Of a DNA stretch of 64,000 nt, positions 1 to 19,928 are shown piece after piece. A program made the translations under genes and the position numbers. Origin of the DNA: the human T2T-CHM13v2.0 reference genome, Homo sapiens; assembly GCF_009914755.1 (NCBI RefSeq), contig NC_060941.1. One strand, written 5' to 3'. The first letter of the stretch is position 1, and every line of letters begins with the position of its first letter. Under the pieces are notes generated by a model that did not search any database, was not told the origin of the DNA, and saw nothing but the letters and a program-made list of their open reading frames with translations.

Positions 1-316
1 GGCTGTGTGTAGGTGGGGCGGGCTGCTGGGCTGTGTGTGTGTGGGGTCGGGAGGGCTGCTGGGCTGTGTGTGTGTCAGGTCGGGAGGGCTGCCGGGCTGT
101 GTGTCGGGTCAGGTGGGCTGCCGAGCTGTGTGTGGGTCGGGAGGGCTGCTGGGTTGTGTGTGTGTCGGGTCAGGTGGGCTGCTGGGCTGTGTGTGTGTCG
201 GGTCAGGTGGGCTGCTGGGCTGTGTGGGTCGGGAGGGCTGCTGGGCTGTGTGTGTGTCGGGTCAGGTGGGCTGCTGGGCTGTGTGTGGGTCGGGAGGGTG
301 GCTGGGCTGTGTGTGT
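1..316. repeat. GT-rich minisatellite (about 28-35 bp unit) in WDR45B intron 2, truncated by the window edge
   Basis: Repeats of gggctgctgggctgtgtgtgtgtcgggtcaggt and variants. Confidence 0.9.
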
Positions 317-430
317 GGAAAGAACAAACCTGGGTGTACAATGGATGCAGGACCTATGTCGGGGAGCAGGGTTGGACAACACTGCCCCCCAAGACTGAAG
401 GAGCAGGGATCCCCAAGAAGGCTTCCCTGA

Positions 431-945
<515 letters not shown>

Positions 946-1234
946 TGGCCTGCTCTTCATTGTTAAACTGTAAGCTGCCAGACGCAGAGCAGCAGATGAG
1001 TCTGTAAGTGCAGAGCCAAACTGTTTAAATGTGCCATCAAAAAGACAGTGTGGCCCTACTGTATCCATTTCACATTAGGGCCTATCTACTCACATAAGCT
1101 GGAAACGGGAGCACACCACACATGCACATGTGAGAACTCACTGCATGCTAAGCTCAGGGACAGCCTGCCCCAGACACAGCCGAGCTGGCAGACGCACAAG
1201 ACCGGGTATATGTGTGTGATGAGCTAAACCATGA

Positions 1235-1587
<353 letters not shown>

Positions 1588-1935
1588 GTCAAACTCATTT
1601 TTATAAGAAATGTTGAATTTACTGTAAACACTTCATTAATTAGGAAGCAGTTGTTAATATGCTGTTGTGGTGTTATGAGAGAGACACATACAGGTTTTCA
1701 CCCACGGTTCCTGGCTCATAACTCCCAGACCTTGTTACAATCTTTTGTTATAATATTGGGTGTGTTAGGCCCTCAGGAACCAGAATCTCTCTCCTGCCCT
1801 TTCACCTGCTAAGGCAGAACTCAAATCTTCTCCACCTGATTGTGGGTCTGAAGAACCTCCATAGAGAAGCTCCCACCCTGCACACTAGGAGAAGCAATGC
1901 AGATACTATAAAGCTTCCTTAAAAATCCAAGAGGT

Positions 1936-2342
<407 letters not shown>

Positions 2343-2470
2343 TCAGCTGAACACATGGAAGGTTCTGGAGGGTGGCAGCCGAGGGAGGGCTTGGAAACTC
2401 CATAGCCTGTCCCCCCACACCTTGTTCCGTGCTTGCCCTCATCTGTATTCTTGGCAATTATCCTTTACAA

Positions 2471-2785
2471 TGGGTCTGCAACCCCGGGGCAGTACTGGTC
2501 CGTGGCCTGTTAGGAACCAGGCTGCACAGCAGGACGCAAGCAGCAGGCGAACAAGCATCCCCACCAAGCTCTGCCCCGACAGATCAGCGGCAGCATACGA
2601 TTCTCACAGAAGCATGAACCCCACTGTGAACGGCACACGCGAGGGATGGAGGCTGCACGCTCCTCCTGAGACTCTAATGCCTGATGATCTGAGTGGGAAC
2701 AGTTTCATCCCGAAACCATCCCCCTATGAAAAAAACTGTCTTCCATGAAACCAGTCCCCGGTGCCGAAAAGGCTGCAGACCGCTG
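2471..2785 (+). mobile_element. MER1B (hAT-Charlie DNA transposon)
   Basis: tactggtccgtggcctgttaggaacc...gaaaccagtccccggtgccgaaaagg; 8-bp flanks ctttacaa/ctttataa. Confidence 0.75.
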
Positions 2786-3474
2786 CTTTATAATAAACTG
2801 GTAAATGTGCTTCCCCAAGTTCTGGGAGCCGCTCCAGCACATTAATTGAATCCAAGGAGGGGGCTGTGGGAACCCCAACTTGAAGCCAGTCAGTCTGAAG
2901 TTTAGGAGGCCCAGACTCATGCATGGTGGGGACTGGGGCAGTCTTGGGGACTGAGCCCTCAACCTGTGGGATCTGACTCTATCTCTAGGTAGATGGCGTC
3001 AGAACTGAAAGGACACCCAGCTGGTGTCCACTGCTTGGTGTGTGGGGAGAAATTCCCCACATTCAGTCACAGAAGTCTTCTGTGCTGACAACTGTCGTGC
3101 TGTTAAGAGTGGAGAGAAAACATGGCTGGGGGGTTTTTCCCACACAGCTGCTAATGATTCAACTTGGACACCAACGTCTACAACTCTCCTGTAAGCTTCT
3201 GGGTCAATTCAGTAAAAAGTATCCTGAGATTTGCAAGTCAAGCTGTTTTAAAATGTTTTGCAACTACTTATCTGCATAAATCCCATCATTATCCCATCAT
3301 ACATTTATCTGCATAAATCCCATCATACAGTGTATGTGGCATCATACACTCCACAGCACCTAATGTGCGCGCAGGCATTAATCTGCGTGTCTTACGCACC
3401 CTGACTCATTTTTACAATAACTCTGAGGCAGGCATTGTTATCAACCTTATTTCACGTACAAAGAAAGTGAGGTG

Positions 3475-4038
<564 letters not shown>

Positions 4039-4268
4039 TCACTAGAGAAATCAGGCCAGTGAACAAACCTGCTCAACACCTGTATCCCTCAGCACCTGTA
4101 GAAGCTCAACGAAAGAAAGAGGACAGCTCCCTCCAAGTTTATGAGGGGCCATGAACCCTATTTACTTCTCGAAAACAGCCATCCCTTCCCTGCTCCACCT
4201 GCAAGGTTAAATTTAGACTCCGAGGGTTGGAAAGGGGAGAAACCAGAAAATGTCCCGTTAATTCTTAC

Positions 4269-4343
4269 CTTGTTTCTCTTTTTCTTTTAGTGGATCAGTG
4301 TTATAGACTCGGAATCCATTTTCCATCCCACACGCAAAGCATC
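4269..4343 (-). CDS. WDR45B: WDR45B coding exon 2 (75 nt); gene continues beyond the left edge
   Basis: ctttag|GA TGC TTT GCG...AAA CAA G|gtaaga; encodes (G)[24 protein letters not shown], in frame with exon 1. Confidence 0.95.
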
Positions 4344-5110
4344 CTAAAGCAGAAGTGTAAAAGAGACATTAATCCCCAGGCCTGGAGTGGTTAAAAGAAA
4401 GAGGTCTGGAGAAATGACAACTACTGAGAACTCTTGCAGATGCTCAAACCACACAGACACGATAGGTGCTAAGTCACAACTCCTGTCCTTGTACAAATGT
4501 TACTAAGTGACAAGCACATCCATGCAGGGCATTTTGTTTGTCCTTTAGCAAAGGAGTCTTGGAGTTGTTCACACAACTTCCCCACTGCAGGGGCCTTCTG
4601 TGGCATCCCCATGGCCCAGGCTTGGAGGACGATCAGTGACAAACGTGAAGGACACTTCTAGAGGAAAGCCACCAAGCAGGCAATCCCGCCCACTGTGGAC
4701 ACCAGGTGAAGGGAAGGGCAGGGTGCTGGGGAGACAAGAGGTAGTCCTAGACTCCAGGAACCGGGAAGGTGAGGAAAGGATGCTCTTTCCCATTTACAGG
4801 GTGGTCTCCCGTGACTTTGCTCCCACCTATAAATCATCCTAACTCCTTAAAATCCTGTCAGAGTCTCAATGAGTTACCCAGGTCACTCATCCTGGTCACT
4901 GCCTCCAAGTCACACAGCAGGCTGTTAATGGTCCAAATAAACAGCACTGTTAGAAACTGAATAAAGCACTTAAGTGCGTAGATGATCGTGTGTTAATGCT
5001 CGTGTGTGACCCAGGGACTACATCCATCTCCTTAAATGCCGTGTCCAACTGTTGGCTCTATGAAGCTGTGGCTGGAAAGAGAAAAAAACAAACCCCTCAA
5101 TTATTTTTCA

Positions 5111-5650
<540 letters not shown>

Positions 5651-5654
5651 AAAT

Positions 5655-7080
<1,426 letters not shown>

Positions 7081-7266
7081 CAGATGGTTGGAAACCACCC
7101 TCTGAGAAGGCTAGGCATCTCCCTTACCATCTCAGCAAAACTTTCTTCCGGAGAAACCCCAGCACACAACCCTGGGGAAGCTGGCAGCGCCCAGGAAGCC
7201 TGACTGGTCCCAGGGCATCAGGCATCAAAATCACTGAGAGGGAGTTCTTTCAAATATGTGTAATCC

Positions 7267-7548
7267 GGCCGGGCGCAGTGGCTCACGCCTGTAATCCCAG
7301 CACTTTGGGAGGCCGAGGCGGGTGGATCACCTGAGGTCAGATTGAGACCAGCCTGGCCAACATGGTGAAACCCCGTCTCTACTAAAAATACAAAAAGTAG
7401 CCGGGCGTGGAGGCAGGCGCCTGTAATCCCAGCTACTCAGGAGCCTGAGGCAGGAGAATGGCGTGAACCCGGGAGGAGGAGGTTGCAGTGAGTCGAGATC
7501 GCACCAGAATGAGACTCCGTCTCAAAATGAAATAAATAAATAAATAAA
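7267..7548 (+). mobile_element. Alu
   Basis: Consensus with (AAAT)n tail. Confidence 0.9.
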
Positions 7549-8578
7549 ATTGTCTTCACATATACGGGATCATACAGCACCTGCCTGGATTCTCTTCAAA
7601 AACAAAACTTCCAAAGCCAACATGTAAAGCCTCGCAGAAGCCTGTCTCGGAATAACGGACATTCCTTTTCCTCCCCATCAGGACCTTTGGGAAGCGCGCC
7701 CTTCAAATGGGAGGTGAGGAGGCAACCATCCGAATCCAGGTCCCGCCCGCCTCCCGCGGGAATCCGACCGCGCCGCCCCGGCCGCATCCCCCGCAGCTCC
7801 GAAGCACCTGCGGGGAAGGAGGTCACCTTCCCTGGGCGCTTTAAATCATCCAGTGCTTACACCTGGATTCCGACATGGGAAAAGATGTAAGATTTCCCTC
7901 AAAGGCCTCCCTTAAGTCCTTTGACTCCACCAAACACGAAGAAAAATCCCGGGGAGTGGGGGTGGGGAGAGTGACATTTTCCGATGGAAACCGACGGGAA
8001 AGGTGAGACCTGCACCCCACCCGCGCCACTCGCCACCAGAGGCGTCGGAGACGCCGGCTCCGCGGCTCCAGTGAACCCAAGCGAAGTCAGCTCAGCCACG
8101 CGCTACCTACTAAAGACCCTGAAAGGAACAGGGGGCAAAACGGGGTTCTGGGCAGGGCGTCAATCACGCTGTGGGGAAAATCCCGATAACCGTGGAGCCC
8201 GCAGGGAGCCAGGGAACCCGAGTGGGCGTGGCGCGCGGGGAGGGGCGTCCGCGCAGGAGGCTGGGGTTCTGTGCCGTCTCCCACCGACCTCGACCTCGGC
8301 CCGGGACGGCCGGCTGGGAGCGGTCACAACCCGGGGGGTGGGGGAGCGCGAAAGGCCAGGAAGGTGGGAGCCGGTTCGGGCCTGGTCCGGACCCCGGCTC
8401 GGGCTGGGAGCAGCGGCGAGGGCCGGGGCCGGGGGCTTCGGAGGGGAGCTCGGGCGGGGCCGGGGTCCCGGGTGGAAGGCCTGGCCGGAAAGGGGCGCCC
8501 AGGAGAGACCTGAGAGCCGGGGACCCCGGGCTGCGGGAAGGCCCGGCCGGGCAAGGCGACAGGGCCGCGCCTCCTCAC

Positions 8579-8645
8579 CGTGGTCCTGGTTGAAGCCGGC
8601 GTAGAGCAGCCCGTTGCCGTGAGGGTTACACGGCAGGAGGTTCAT
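8579..8645 (-). CDS. WDR45B: WDR45B (WIPI3, PROPPIN beta-propeller) coding exon 1 (67 nt)
   Basis: gccATG, MNLLPCNPHGNGLLYAGFNQDH(G); donor CAC G|GTGAGG at 8578. Confidence 0.96.
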
Positions 8646-8879
8646 GGCGCCGCCGTGCTGGGTCGCCGCTCCTCAGCGCTGCATGCCTCTCGCTGGGGAC
8701 GGCGGCCTGGTCCCTTCGGGCCGGCGCTGAGGCCGCCGCGGCCGGAAGTGCCGGACGTACGTGCGTGCGTGCTGGATGTGCGTGTGTGCTGGACGTGCGT
8801 GCGTGCGTGCTGGACGTCCGTGCGCGCGCCCGCGCCCCACCAGGGAGCCTATGGAGCGCCGAGCGCATCTAACCGAAGC

Positions 8880-9235
8880 GAGGCGAGACGAGGCGAGGCA
8901 GGGCGGGGAGGGGCGGGGCGGGGCGAGGCGAGGCGAGGCGAGGAAAGGCGGGGAGAGGCAGGGCGGGCGGGGCGGGATGAGGCGGGGAGAGGCAGGGCGG
9001 GCGGGGCGGGATGAGGCGGGGAGAGGCGGAGCGAGGCGGGGCGGGGAGGAGGGGGAGGGGCGGGGCGGGGCGAGGCGAGGAAAGGCGGGGAGAGGCAGGG
9101 CGGGCGGGGCGGGGCGGAGGCGGGGAGGGGCGGAGCGAGGCGGGGCGGGGAGGAGGGGGAGGGGCGGGGCGGGGAGGAGGGGGAGGGGCGGGGAGGAGGG
9201 GGAGGGGCGGGGCGGGGAGGGGCCAGGCGGGAGCG
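8880..9235. repeat. G-rich low-complexity tract (GGGGC/GAGGC)n
   Basis: Almost purely G/A/C with dense G3-G5 runs. Confidence 0.9.
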
Positions 9236-9444
9236 CAGAGCACGTTCGCGGGAGGGTCTGGCCTTGTCATGCGCGGGGTCGCCGCGGGAAGGAGGATGGC
9301 CCGTTGAGGGCTTGGCACGGATACCTGACGGTCGGAGGAAGGGGGGAGAGCCGGTAAAGGAGGCTGACCCAAAACTGAGGCCCGGTGCATCATCCCTCAT
9401 GAGAGGCAAGCCCAGAAGCGCCACAATACTAGGGTCCCCCTTCA

Positions 9445-9930
9445 GGAGACAGAGACCCCCAGGACACAGAGGGCCCCCAAGTCACTCAGCCCCCCCAGGA
9501 CACGCAGCTCCTGCAGGACGCAGAGGGTGCCCAAGACACACAGTCCCCAGGACAGAGACCCCCCAGGACACAGAGGACCCCCAAGACACGCAGTCTCCAG
9601 GACACAGAGGTCCCCCCAGGACACACAGTGCCCCCAGGACACAGAGGTCCCCCAGGACACAGCACTCCCAGGACACACAGCCCCCCCGGGACACAGAAAC
9701 CCCCCCAGGACACAGCCCCCCTAAGACACACAGCCTCCCCCAGTACACAGAGTCCTTTCCAGGGCACATATTCCCCCAGAAGACACAGAGGTCCCCCTAA
9801 GACACACAGCCCCCCCAGGACACACAGACCGCCAGGTCACAGAGACCTTCCCAGGACACAGGGACCTTCCCAGGACACATAGCCCCCCAGAGGACACACA
9901 GCCCCCCCACGACACAGCCCATAGAGGACA
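9445..9930. repeat. About 20-bp minisatellite upstream of the WDR45B promoter
   Basis: Degenerate cccccaggacacagag units. Confidence 0.85.
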
Positions 9931-10877
9931 CAACCCCTTAGTACCCCACCTAAAGGACAGGTGGCCCTCACACAGCACAGCCCCCGCAGGACTCCGGGAC
10001 CCTCAGGTCACATTGCTCACAGGGCACAGTTCTCAACTCTTAGGGTCAGGCTGCTGGGGGCATCCTGGTCACAGAGCTTTGTCCCTGGGCTTGGCTCATG
10101 CAGTGGATGGCTGTGGAGGCCTGAGTGCTGGCCCTCGTGTCTCTTGCCCAGGGAGTCCTCTCCACTCCCCCTCCTCACTTTCCTGTCCCCTCCTAGGCTC
10201 TCCCTGTTCCCTGCAGCACACCTGATCTCCTAGGAGGTCCTGACACTGTCCCCTCGCAGCCACCTGCCTCCACCCCGTCTGTCATCCTCATCCCACCCTC
10301 GCCACTTGCCTGAGCTGGTGCTGACCTCTTAGCCATGGGGAGGAAGGAGCTGGACTGTAAGCTGAGATCACTGGCCCACTCGGGCCAGGCGGTCTCCGCA
10401 TCGTGGGCATTGAACACCTCGATTCCCATACGAGAGGGGCTCCTCCCTGAGAGCGACCAGAAGCCTTCCGATGGCGGAGCGAGTTGGGCCGCCCCGGCTG
10501 TGACTAGGGCTCGGGGGCCCAGGTCCAAATCACAGAGCTGGGGCGAGACCTAAGTGCGGTCCAGGGGCTCAGCACCCTCTTCCCTGAAGGGCACTGGGTT
10601 CTCCTCTGTGCACACGTACCGGTACCTGCTGTGAGAAGTGTCACGTGGGGGAAGGAGAGAGGCGTGGGTAAGGGACATTTCCCTTCATTTCTCTGCTTGC
10701 CACCCTTGGGGCCTCCTTCAGTTCACATTTTACTCAGTCTCCCGGTGGCTGTACAGCCGGGGGCGGGGGCATGTGTGGACATCCACACACAGCGCTGGTT
10801 GTATCCTAACCAGGAAACTCAAAGCAGCCTTGCCCACCACAGTGCGTTGAATGGTGACCCTCTAAAGATGTGTCCTG

Positions 10878-13935
<3,058 letters not shown>

Positions 13936-14121
13936 AACATTCAAGGCAAGGAATCAAGAAACCAGCAGATGGTGGCGATTGGCTTTGAGCAACACACAGA
14001 GTCTTCCTCCAGCTGAACTGGAAGGTCAGCGTCTGCCCGGTCAAAGGCATGGAGACCGGTATGCCTGCCTCTCACCGTGGCCCACACGGCGATCTTCCTG
14101 TCACCTCAAAGGGCACCAAGG

Positions 14122-14329
14122 AAGAGCAAGGCAGCCCCTGGGCACCAGCGAGGCTCTGGAAGGCTCCTGTTGGACCTGGCCCCACGGACAAGGCCGCCCT
14201 GTGACGAGGGGGCAGGACAAGAAAGAGCAAGGCAGCCCCTGAGCATGCACAGCGAGGCCCTGGGAGGCTCCTGTTGGACCTGGCCCCGCGGACAAGGCCG
14301 CCCTGTGACGAGGGGGCAGGACAAGAGCA
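14122..14329. repeat. About 100-bp two-copy tandem duplication
   Basis: aagagcaaggcagcccctg...gtgacgagggggcaggacaag occurs twice. Confidence 0.85.
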
Positions 14330-14893
14330 GGGTCCCCTCTGCACACAGGTGGGAGCAGTGCCCACCTCCCCGACGACCAACACTCCCCATCCTGCCGGAT
14401 GTGAGTGACTGCCACTTTTTACCAATGACGCCTTGCACCTTGCTGCACTTTTCTCACCTTCTAGATAAGAATTATTAAGATAGTAAGTCCCGGAGTCACC
14501 CCTGCTTCCTGACAGCATCGAACAGGGTGCAGCGGTTGCCGTGAATATTCCCTAAAACCTCCACAAGGCTGCCCAAATCCCGCCCATCCTCCCTGACTCC
14601 CCAGCACCCTCTCGATGGTCGGAGGCTTGGTGCTGCAGCAAGTCAGGGGCGTTCACGGTGGCCTTTGGCTAACAGCCTTGACAGCACCTCTGGGCTGCTG
14701 GGAAGTAGCCGGTCACCTCACCTAGAAGAGGGTGAAGGCTGGAGCAACAGAACTGCTTTGGGACTAGGTGGAGTTTGGAATCCCTCTCCACAGTGGCTCA
14801 GGGCCTCTGTGCTCCAGCGGGGTTTGCTGTCATCATGGGAATGTAGAGGAGAAAAACCAGTATCAGCTCGAGTTCAGCACTGCGGCAGGGTAG

Positions 14894-15212
<319 letters not shown>

Positions 15213-15327
15213 TAAAAGGCAGGTGCCAGCCTTTCTTAAGAGAAGAAAGGTGTGTAAGAATCTGTAGATCTAAAGCAACAGGCCACACCTCTGAACATGA
15301 CAAGAAAATGACAAAGTTTCTCTAAGG

Positions 15328-15333
15328 TTTAAT
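15328..15333 (-). terminator. Candidate distal polyadenylation signal of RAB40B
   Basis: Plus TTTAAT = ATTAAA, followed by U-rich ctttgtcattttcttgtc on the minus strand. Confidence 0.5.
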
Positions 15334-16297
15334 TTATATTTATGTTTTTTGTATATTCACCACCCAAACACACAGTCTTCTACTTAGTCCGGTCTGTATT
15401 AGGTTTCGTCTGTTTTTGTTCTGCCTTGGTTTGCTGTAGCACTTTCTGCCGTGAGCGTAACTCACTTCCTTGTAGGAGTTTCCTGAGGCTGCCGTAACAA
15501 TCGCCACAAACCTGGTGACTTAAATAACAAATATTTATTTTCTCGTAGCTCTGGAAGCCGGAAGTCCAAAACCAATAACTTGGCAGGGCTGTGCTCCCTC
15601 TGGGAGATCTCGGGGAGCCTCCTTGCTACATGTTCCGCTTCTGGGGACTTCTGGTGGTGTTTCCCTGGAGGGCCAAGGCCTCCGGGCGGCCCGTGCATTC
15701 GGTGAACACCTCCAAAGAGCTCTGAGTCACAAAGCCTTGGGAAACTTTATTTTATTCTTTCTAGGACATTATCAGTAGTCCCGAGGAGACATCAATTACA
15801 AAACAAGAAAAAGGAAGGAAGAGAAAAATACAGGTTTGGCCTGGTTTAATGTTGCAATGGGAGGATCCATTTCCTTACCCTTCACCATCACCGAGCTGGG
15901 AACGGAGGGAGAAGAGGCCCCTCAACGTGGGTTTCTTCAACGTGGACTCTCCTTTCTGTGCATCTCAGTGTCCTTGTGTTTGCAGCTGGGAGGTCGGCCC
16001 TGTCGTTCTCACCCCACCTGTGGCACAGCAGAGAGAAGGGTGCACAGGTCTTTGCAGCGTGTCTGCACGAGGCTGGCCACCCTCTCCAGACACTGTCCCC
16101 TCAGGGTTCACCTTCTGCCCACAGACCACACCCCTGCCTCCCCGTGGACTTTGTCCCCGTGGCTGCCGTGCCCAGGTGGCCAGACACCCCCAAGCCTGGG
16201 TCCACCCGCAGGGACCAGTGCTCCTCTCTCCTGTCTGGGCCTCGGTTCCACCATCTCTGAATACAGGCTTTGCCCCTGATTCTAGGGTCCCTTAAAT

Positions 16298-16595
<298 letters not shown>

Positions 16596-17061
16596 GGTCC
16601 CTTAAGTTTCTAAGAATCTACAGATCATCAGCAGGAACTAGGAACATCTGGGTATTTTCTCGCTTCGTTTTTTTGGTTTAGTCCCTCATTTGCGACCCCC
16701 AGCCACAGAGAAACGTTCAACAGTGTGACCAGGGAAGAGAGCGGCCCTGGAGGTCTTTGCGGTCAGCCCTGCTCTGAGGCAGTCGGGGTCAGGGGCTACA
16801 TCTTCATGCGGAATTCCTGACAGCCCCTCGGAGCTCCTCACCGAGGCTCAGGAGCACGGCTCTGATTTCTCAGACAGGCACATGCCTGGGTGCCAGCTTT
16901 TAACTCTCCGCTCTCTCCTCCTCTGCACTTCTGTTCCGGAAAAGGAATCCTTTCTCAACAGGCGACAACAGTTCAAGGATTCAGCCTTGTTGCCAGTGTC
17001 GTGTATTAGCTCCGATATGTGATGTCTACACCAGGCAGTGGCGCAGTGAAGTAAAGGGCTA

Positions 17062-17476
<415 letters not shown>

Positions 17477-17988
17477 TCACTTCATTCTTTACTGAAACAG
17501 CTCTTCCTTGACCTGTCGAAACTGTGCTGGCTGTGTTCAACATAACTAGAGGTATCTTTGGCATTTTCTTCCCTTAGCTTCATAACTTGTAGAATATCTT
17601 GTACAAAAAACTGTAGATTTACAGAAAAATATGCATATAAATCACTTATTAATCCCAAAATGTAGTAAATAACTAGCAAAAACTTTATCAAATCCATTTC
17701 ATACACAAACTGGACAGATCAGTTGCACATAACCTCTACATCTGCAGCGTTTTATAAATTGGTGCTTTGACATTGAAAAGGAGGTTTACAAAAAGACCCC
17801 TCTCGTAATATCAGTGACTCTAAATTATCCCGCTGCCATTGCTTCTCAAATTCCATTGAATTTATACTAATCACTCCAATATCACCGTTCTTACAAAAGC
17901 AGTTATTTTAAGGAAAAAGTTGCAGTGCAATCATGATAAAGTAACATTCAGAATTTCATGTTACCAAGAGTCGAGCAGAGTACTAATT

Positions 17989-17996
17989 TTCCCTTT
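17989..17996 (-). promoter_or_regulatory. miR-204/211 8mer seed match in the RAB40B 3' UTR
   Basis: Minus strand AAAGGGAA. Also nearby: TTGCACT(G) at 17923-17930 (miR-130/148 family seeds) and TGCTGCT at 18103-18109 (miR-15/16 seed). Confidence 0.55.
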
Positions 17997-18211
17997 ACAA
18001 ACACACATCGAAAACAAGAGCTTCATGCACATCCACGTAGAAATTCGAAGTCCGACGGGGTAGTGTGTTTCCATCACACGGAAGGCGTCGCACACATTCG
18101 CAAGCAGCATTCGCCGAGAGGAACCGGGATCTGAGATGCATCCACCAGCTGCCGGGGGTAACGCCGAGCTTCTCCTGGAGAGATTCCGCCGTGTTTCTTT
18201 CAGTGCCTTCC

Positions 18212-18483
18212 TTAAGAAATTTTGCAGCTGTTTCTGGTGCAGTTTTTGGGGGGGCTCTGGGGGGGGCGGACGAGCTTCACTTTGCGGAGGCTGCTCCTTT
18301 TGTGGGTGGAGCTGGTGGTGAGGGAGTAGGAACCGCCGTGCATCATCCTGGCATTCAGGCCGTTGGCCATCGAGAAGGACTTGAGGTGGCTTCTTAAGGC
18401 AATGGGGAGCGGGAGCTTGTCCACCAGGTGCACCGGCGTGCAGGACACGACCGCCCGGCAGCAGAGGTCTTGCAAGCTCAGCA
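18212..18483 (-). CDS. RAB40B: RAB40B coding exon 6 (272 nt to stop): SOCS box and C-terminal prenylation motif
   Basis: ttttctctcccaag|TG CTG AGC; (V)[12 protein letters not shown]...[11 protein letters not shown] (SOCS box)...NSCKIS*; the six exons sum to 837 nt = 278 aa + stop. Confidence 0.96.
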
Positions 18484-18839
18484 CTTGGGAGAGAAAAGAT
18501 AAACCTTGCTTAGTGGATGTCCCCACCTGGGCTGGGAATGAGGGGTGGTGCCCACACCTGTTCTCCCGCCCTCCCAAGGCTCGGACGCCCGTGGCCCTGG
18601 CTTGTACATGCAGCAAGCCCTGCCGCGACGTCCCCTCTGCCCACGTACAGATCCCAGGAGCTCCCTCATGAGCTTTCTGACAAAGCTGTAGTCATTACTT
18701 CTCTCAAATGCCTTGCTCTGAGAACGGACACAGTGGCCTTGAGACGGGTCCCGGGAGGCAGACACTTATCCAGGGGGCTGCTGACCCACCTCGGCATCTG
18801 GAGGGCAGAGGTGGCCCCCGGAATAGCCCCTGGGCCTAC

Positions 18840-19062
18840 CCTTGCTCGGCCGCCAGAGCCGGTCCATCCCATGCCGCAGCAGCACGATCCTGGCCAGCTC
18901 CGTGAACGACTCTGTGATGTTGAAATTGCACAGAGGGCTGACCTCAAAGAAGGTCACGCCCAGGCGCTCGGCGTAGGCCTGGGCCTGCTCCGTGGGCACC
19001 TGCCGCTTGAACGCCAGGTGCAGGCGGTTCCCCACCAGGATCTTGGGGACTCCGGGGGCATG
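18840..19062 (-). CDS. RAB40B: RAB40B coding exon 5 (223 nt)
   Basis: cgctag|CAT GCC...AGC AAG G|gtaggc; encodes [22 protein letters not shown]...[35 protein letters not shown]. Confidence 0.96.
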
Positions 19063-19119
19063 CTAGCGGGCAGGAGAAAGGCGAGGAGCATGGGTTACTT
19101 CAGTGAGATTTTGTTGTCG

Positions 19120-19535
19120 TCGTAATGTGGGTGCTCTGGGTCGAGGAACCCCCCACGAGTTCATGTCCACCCAGAACCTCAGCATGGGACCTCGTTTGGA
19201 AAGACCGTCTTTGCAGACGTAAATAGTTACGGTGCGGCCGCACTGAATTAGGGCCCTCATCTAATGACTGGTGTCCTTGGGAGAAGAGAAGACACAGACA
19301 CTCGGAGGAGGCCATGTTACGCGAAGGCAGAGGCTGGAGCGGTGCAGCCACAAGCCAGGGAGGGCCCAGGGTTGCTGGCACCGCCGAGAGCTGGGAGAGG
19401 CGGCTGTAGGGAAGTGGCCCTGCCGACACCTTGGTTTTGGGCTCTGGCCTCCAGAACCGTGAGAGAATGCATTTCTGTTGTTCAGGACACCCAGGTTGTG
19501 GTCGTCGGTTCTAGCAGCCCCGGGACACTCATACA
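19120..19535 (+). mobile_element. MLT1-type LTR in RAB40B intron 4
   Basis: ttcatgtccacccagaacctcag...ggccctgccgacaccttg...ggcctccagaaccgtgagagaat. Confidence 0.7.
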
Positions 19536-19928
19536 GTGGGCTTAGTGTCGACCACGCCATGTCACCATTGCCAGGCGGGCTGGTCTGCGTGCCAGCAGGC
19601 ACAAGCGCCGGTCACTGCTGGTCAGCCCAGCCCGACCACAGCAGGGAGTGAAGCAGGCCAAACCTGACCCCACGCATAGCCGAGGTACGCCGTGGACGCT
19701 CGTTTCGTCTGGACCAGCTTCCTGAGCTTTCGTGATTGTAGCTATCACCAAAGCCCTATCCAGTGTTGTGCCGAGGTGAGGCACCCTCCTTCCTGCTGGA
19801 GCGCCATCCGGTGCCCTGGCCTGTGATCCATGGGTACCCATGAGCCCTGGAGGGCCCGGCCCTAATTCCTGGCCTGACGTCCTCCCAAGCCTACAGGGAT
19901 CTTGGGCAGTGGCATTTCTACAACATAC

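Larger units (their letters stand above)
7700..9400. promoter_or_regulatory. WDR45B CpG island and promoter
   Basis: CpG-dense region over exon 1; ETS motif CCGGAAGT at 8742-8749; many GGGGCGGGG boxes at 8900-9220. Confidence 0.9.

Noticed and set aside
7984-9424. Many 140-200 aa ORFs over the WDR45B promoter
   Set aside because: Same GC artefact; only the first 22 codons of 8160..8645 are real, bounded by the donor at 8578
18517-19125. 202-aa plus-strand ORF
   Set aside because: Antisense shadow of RAB40B exon 5 with no independent support
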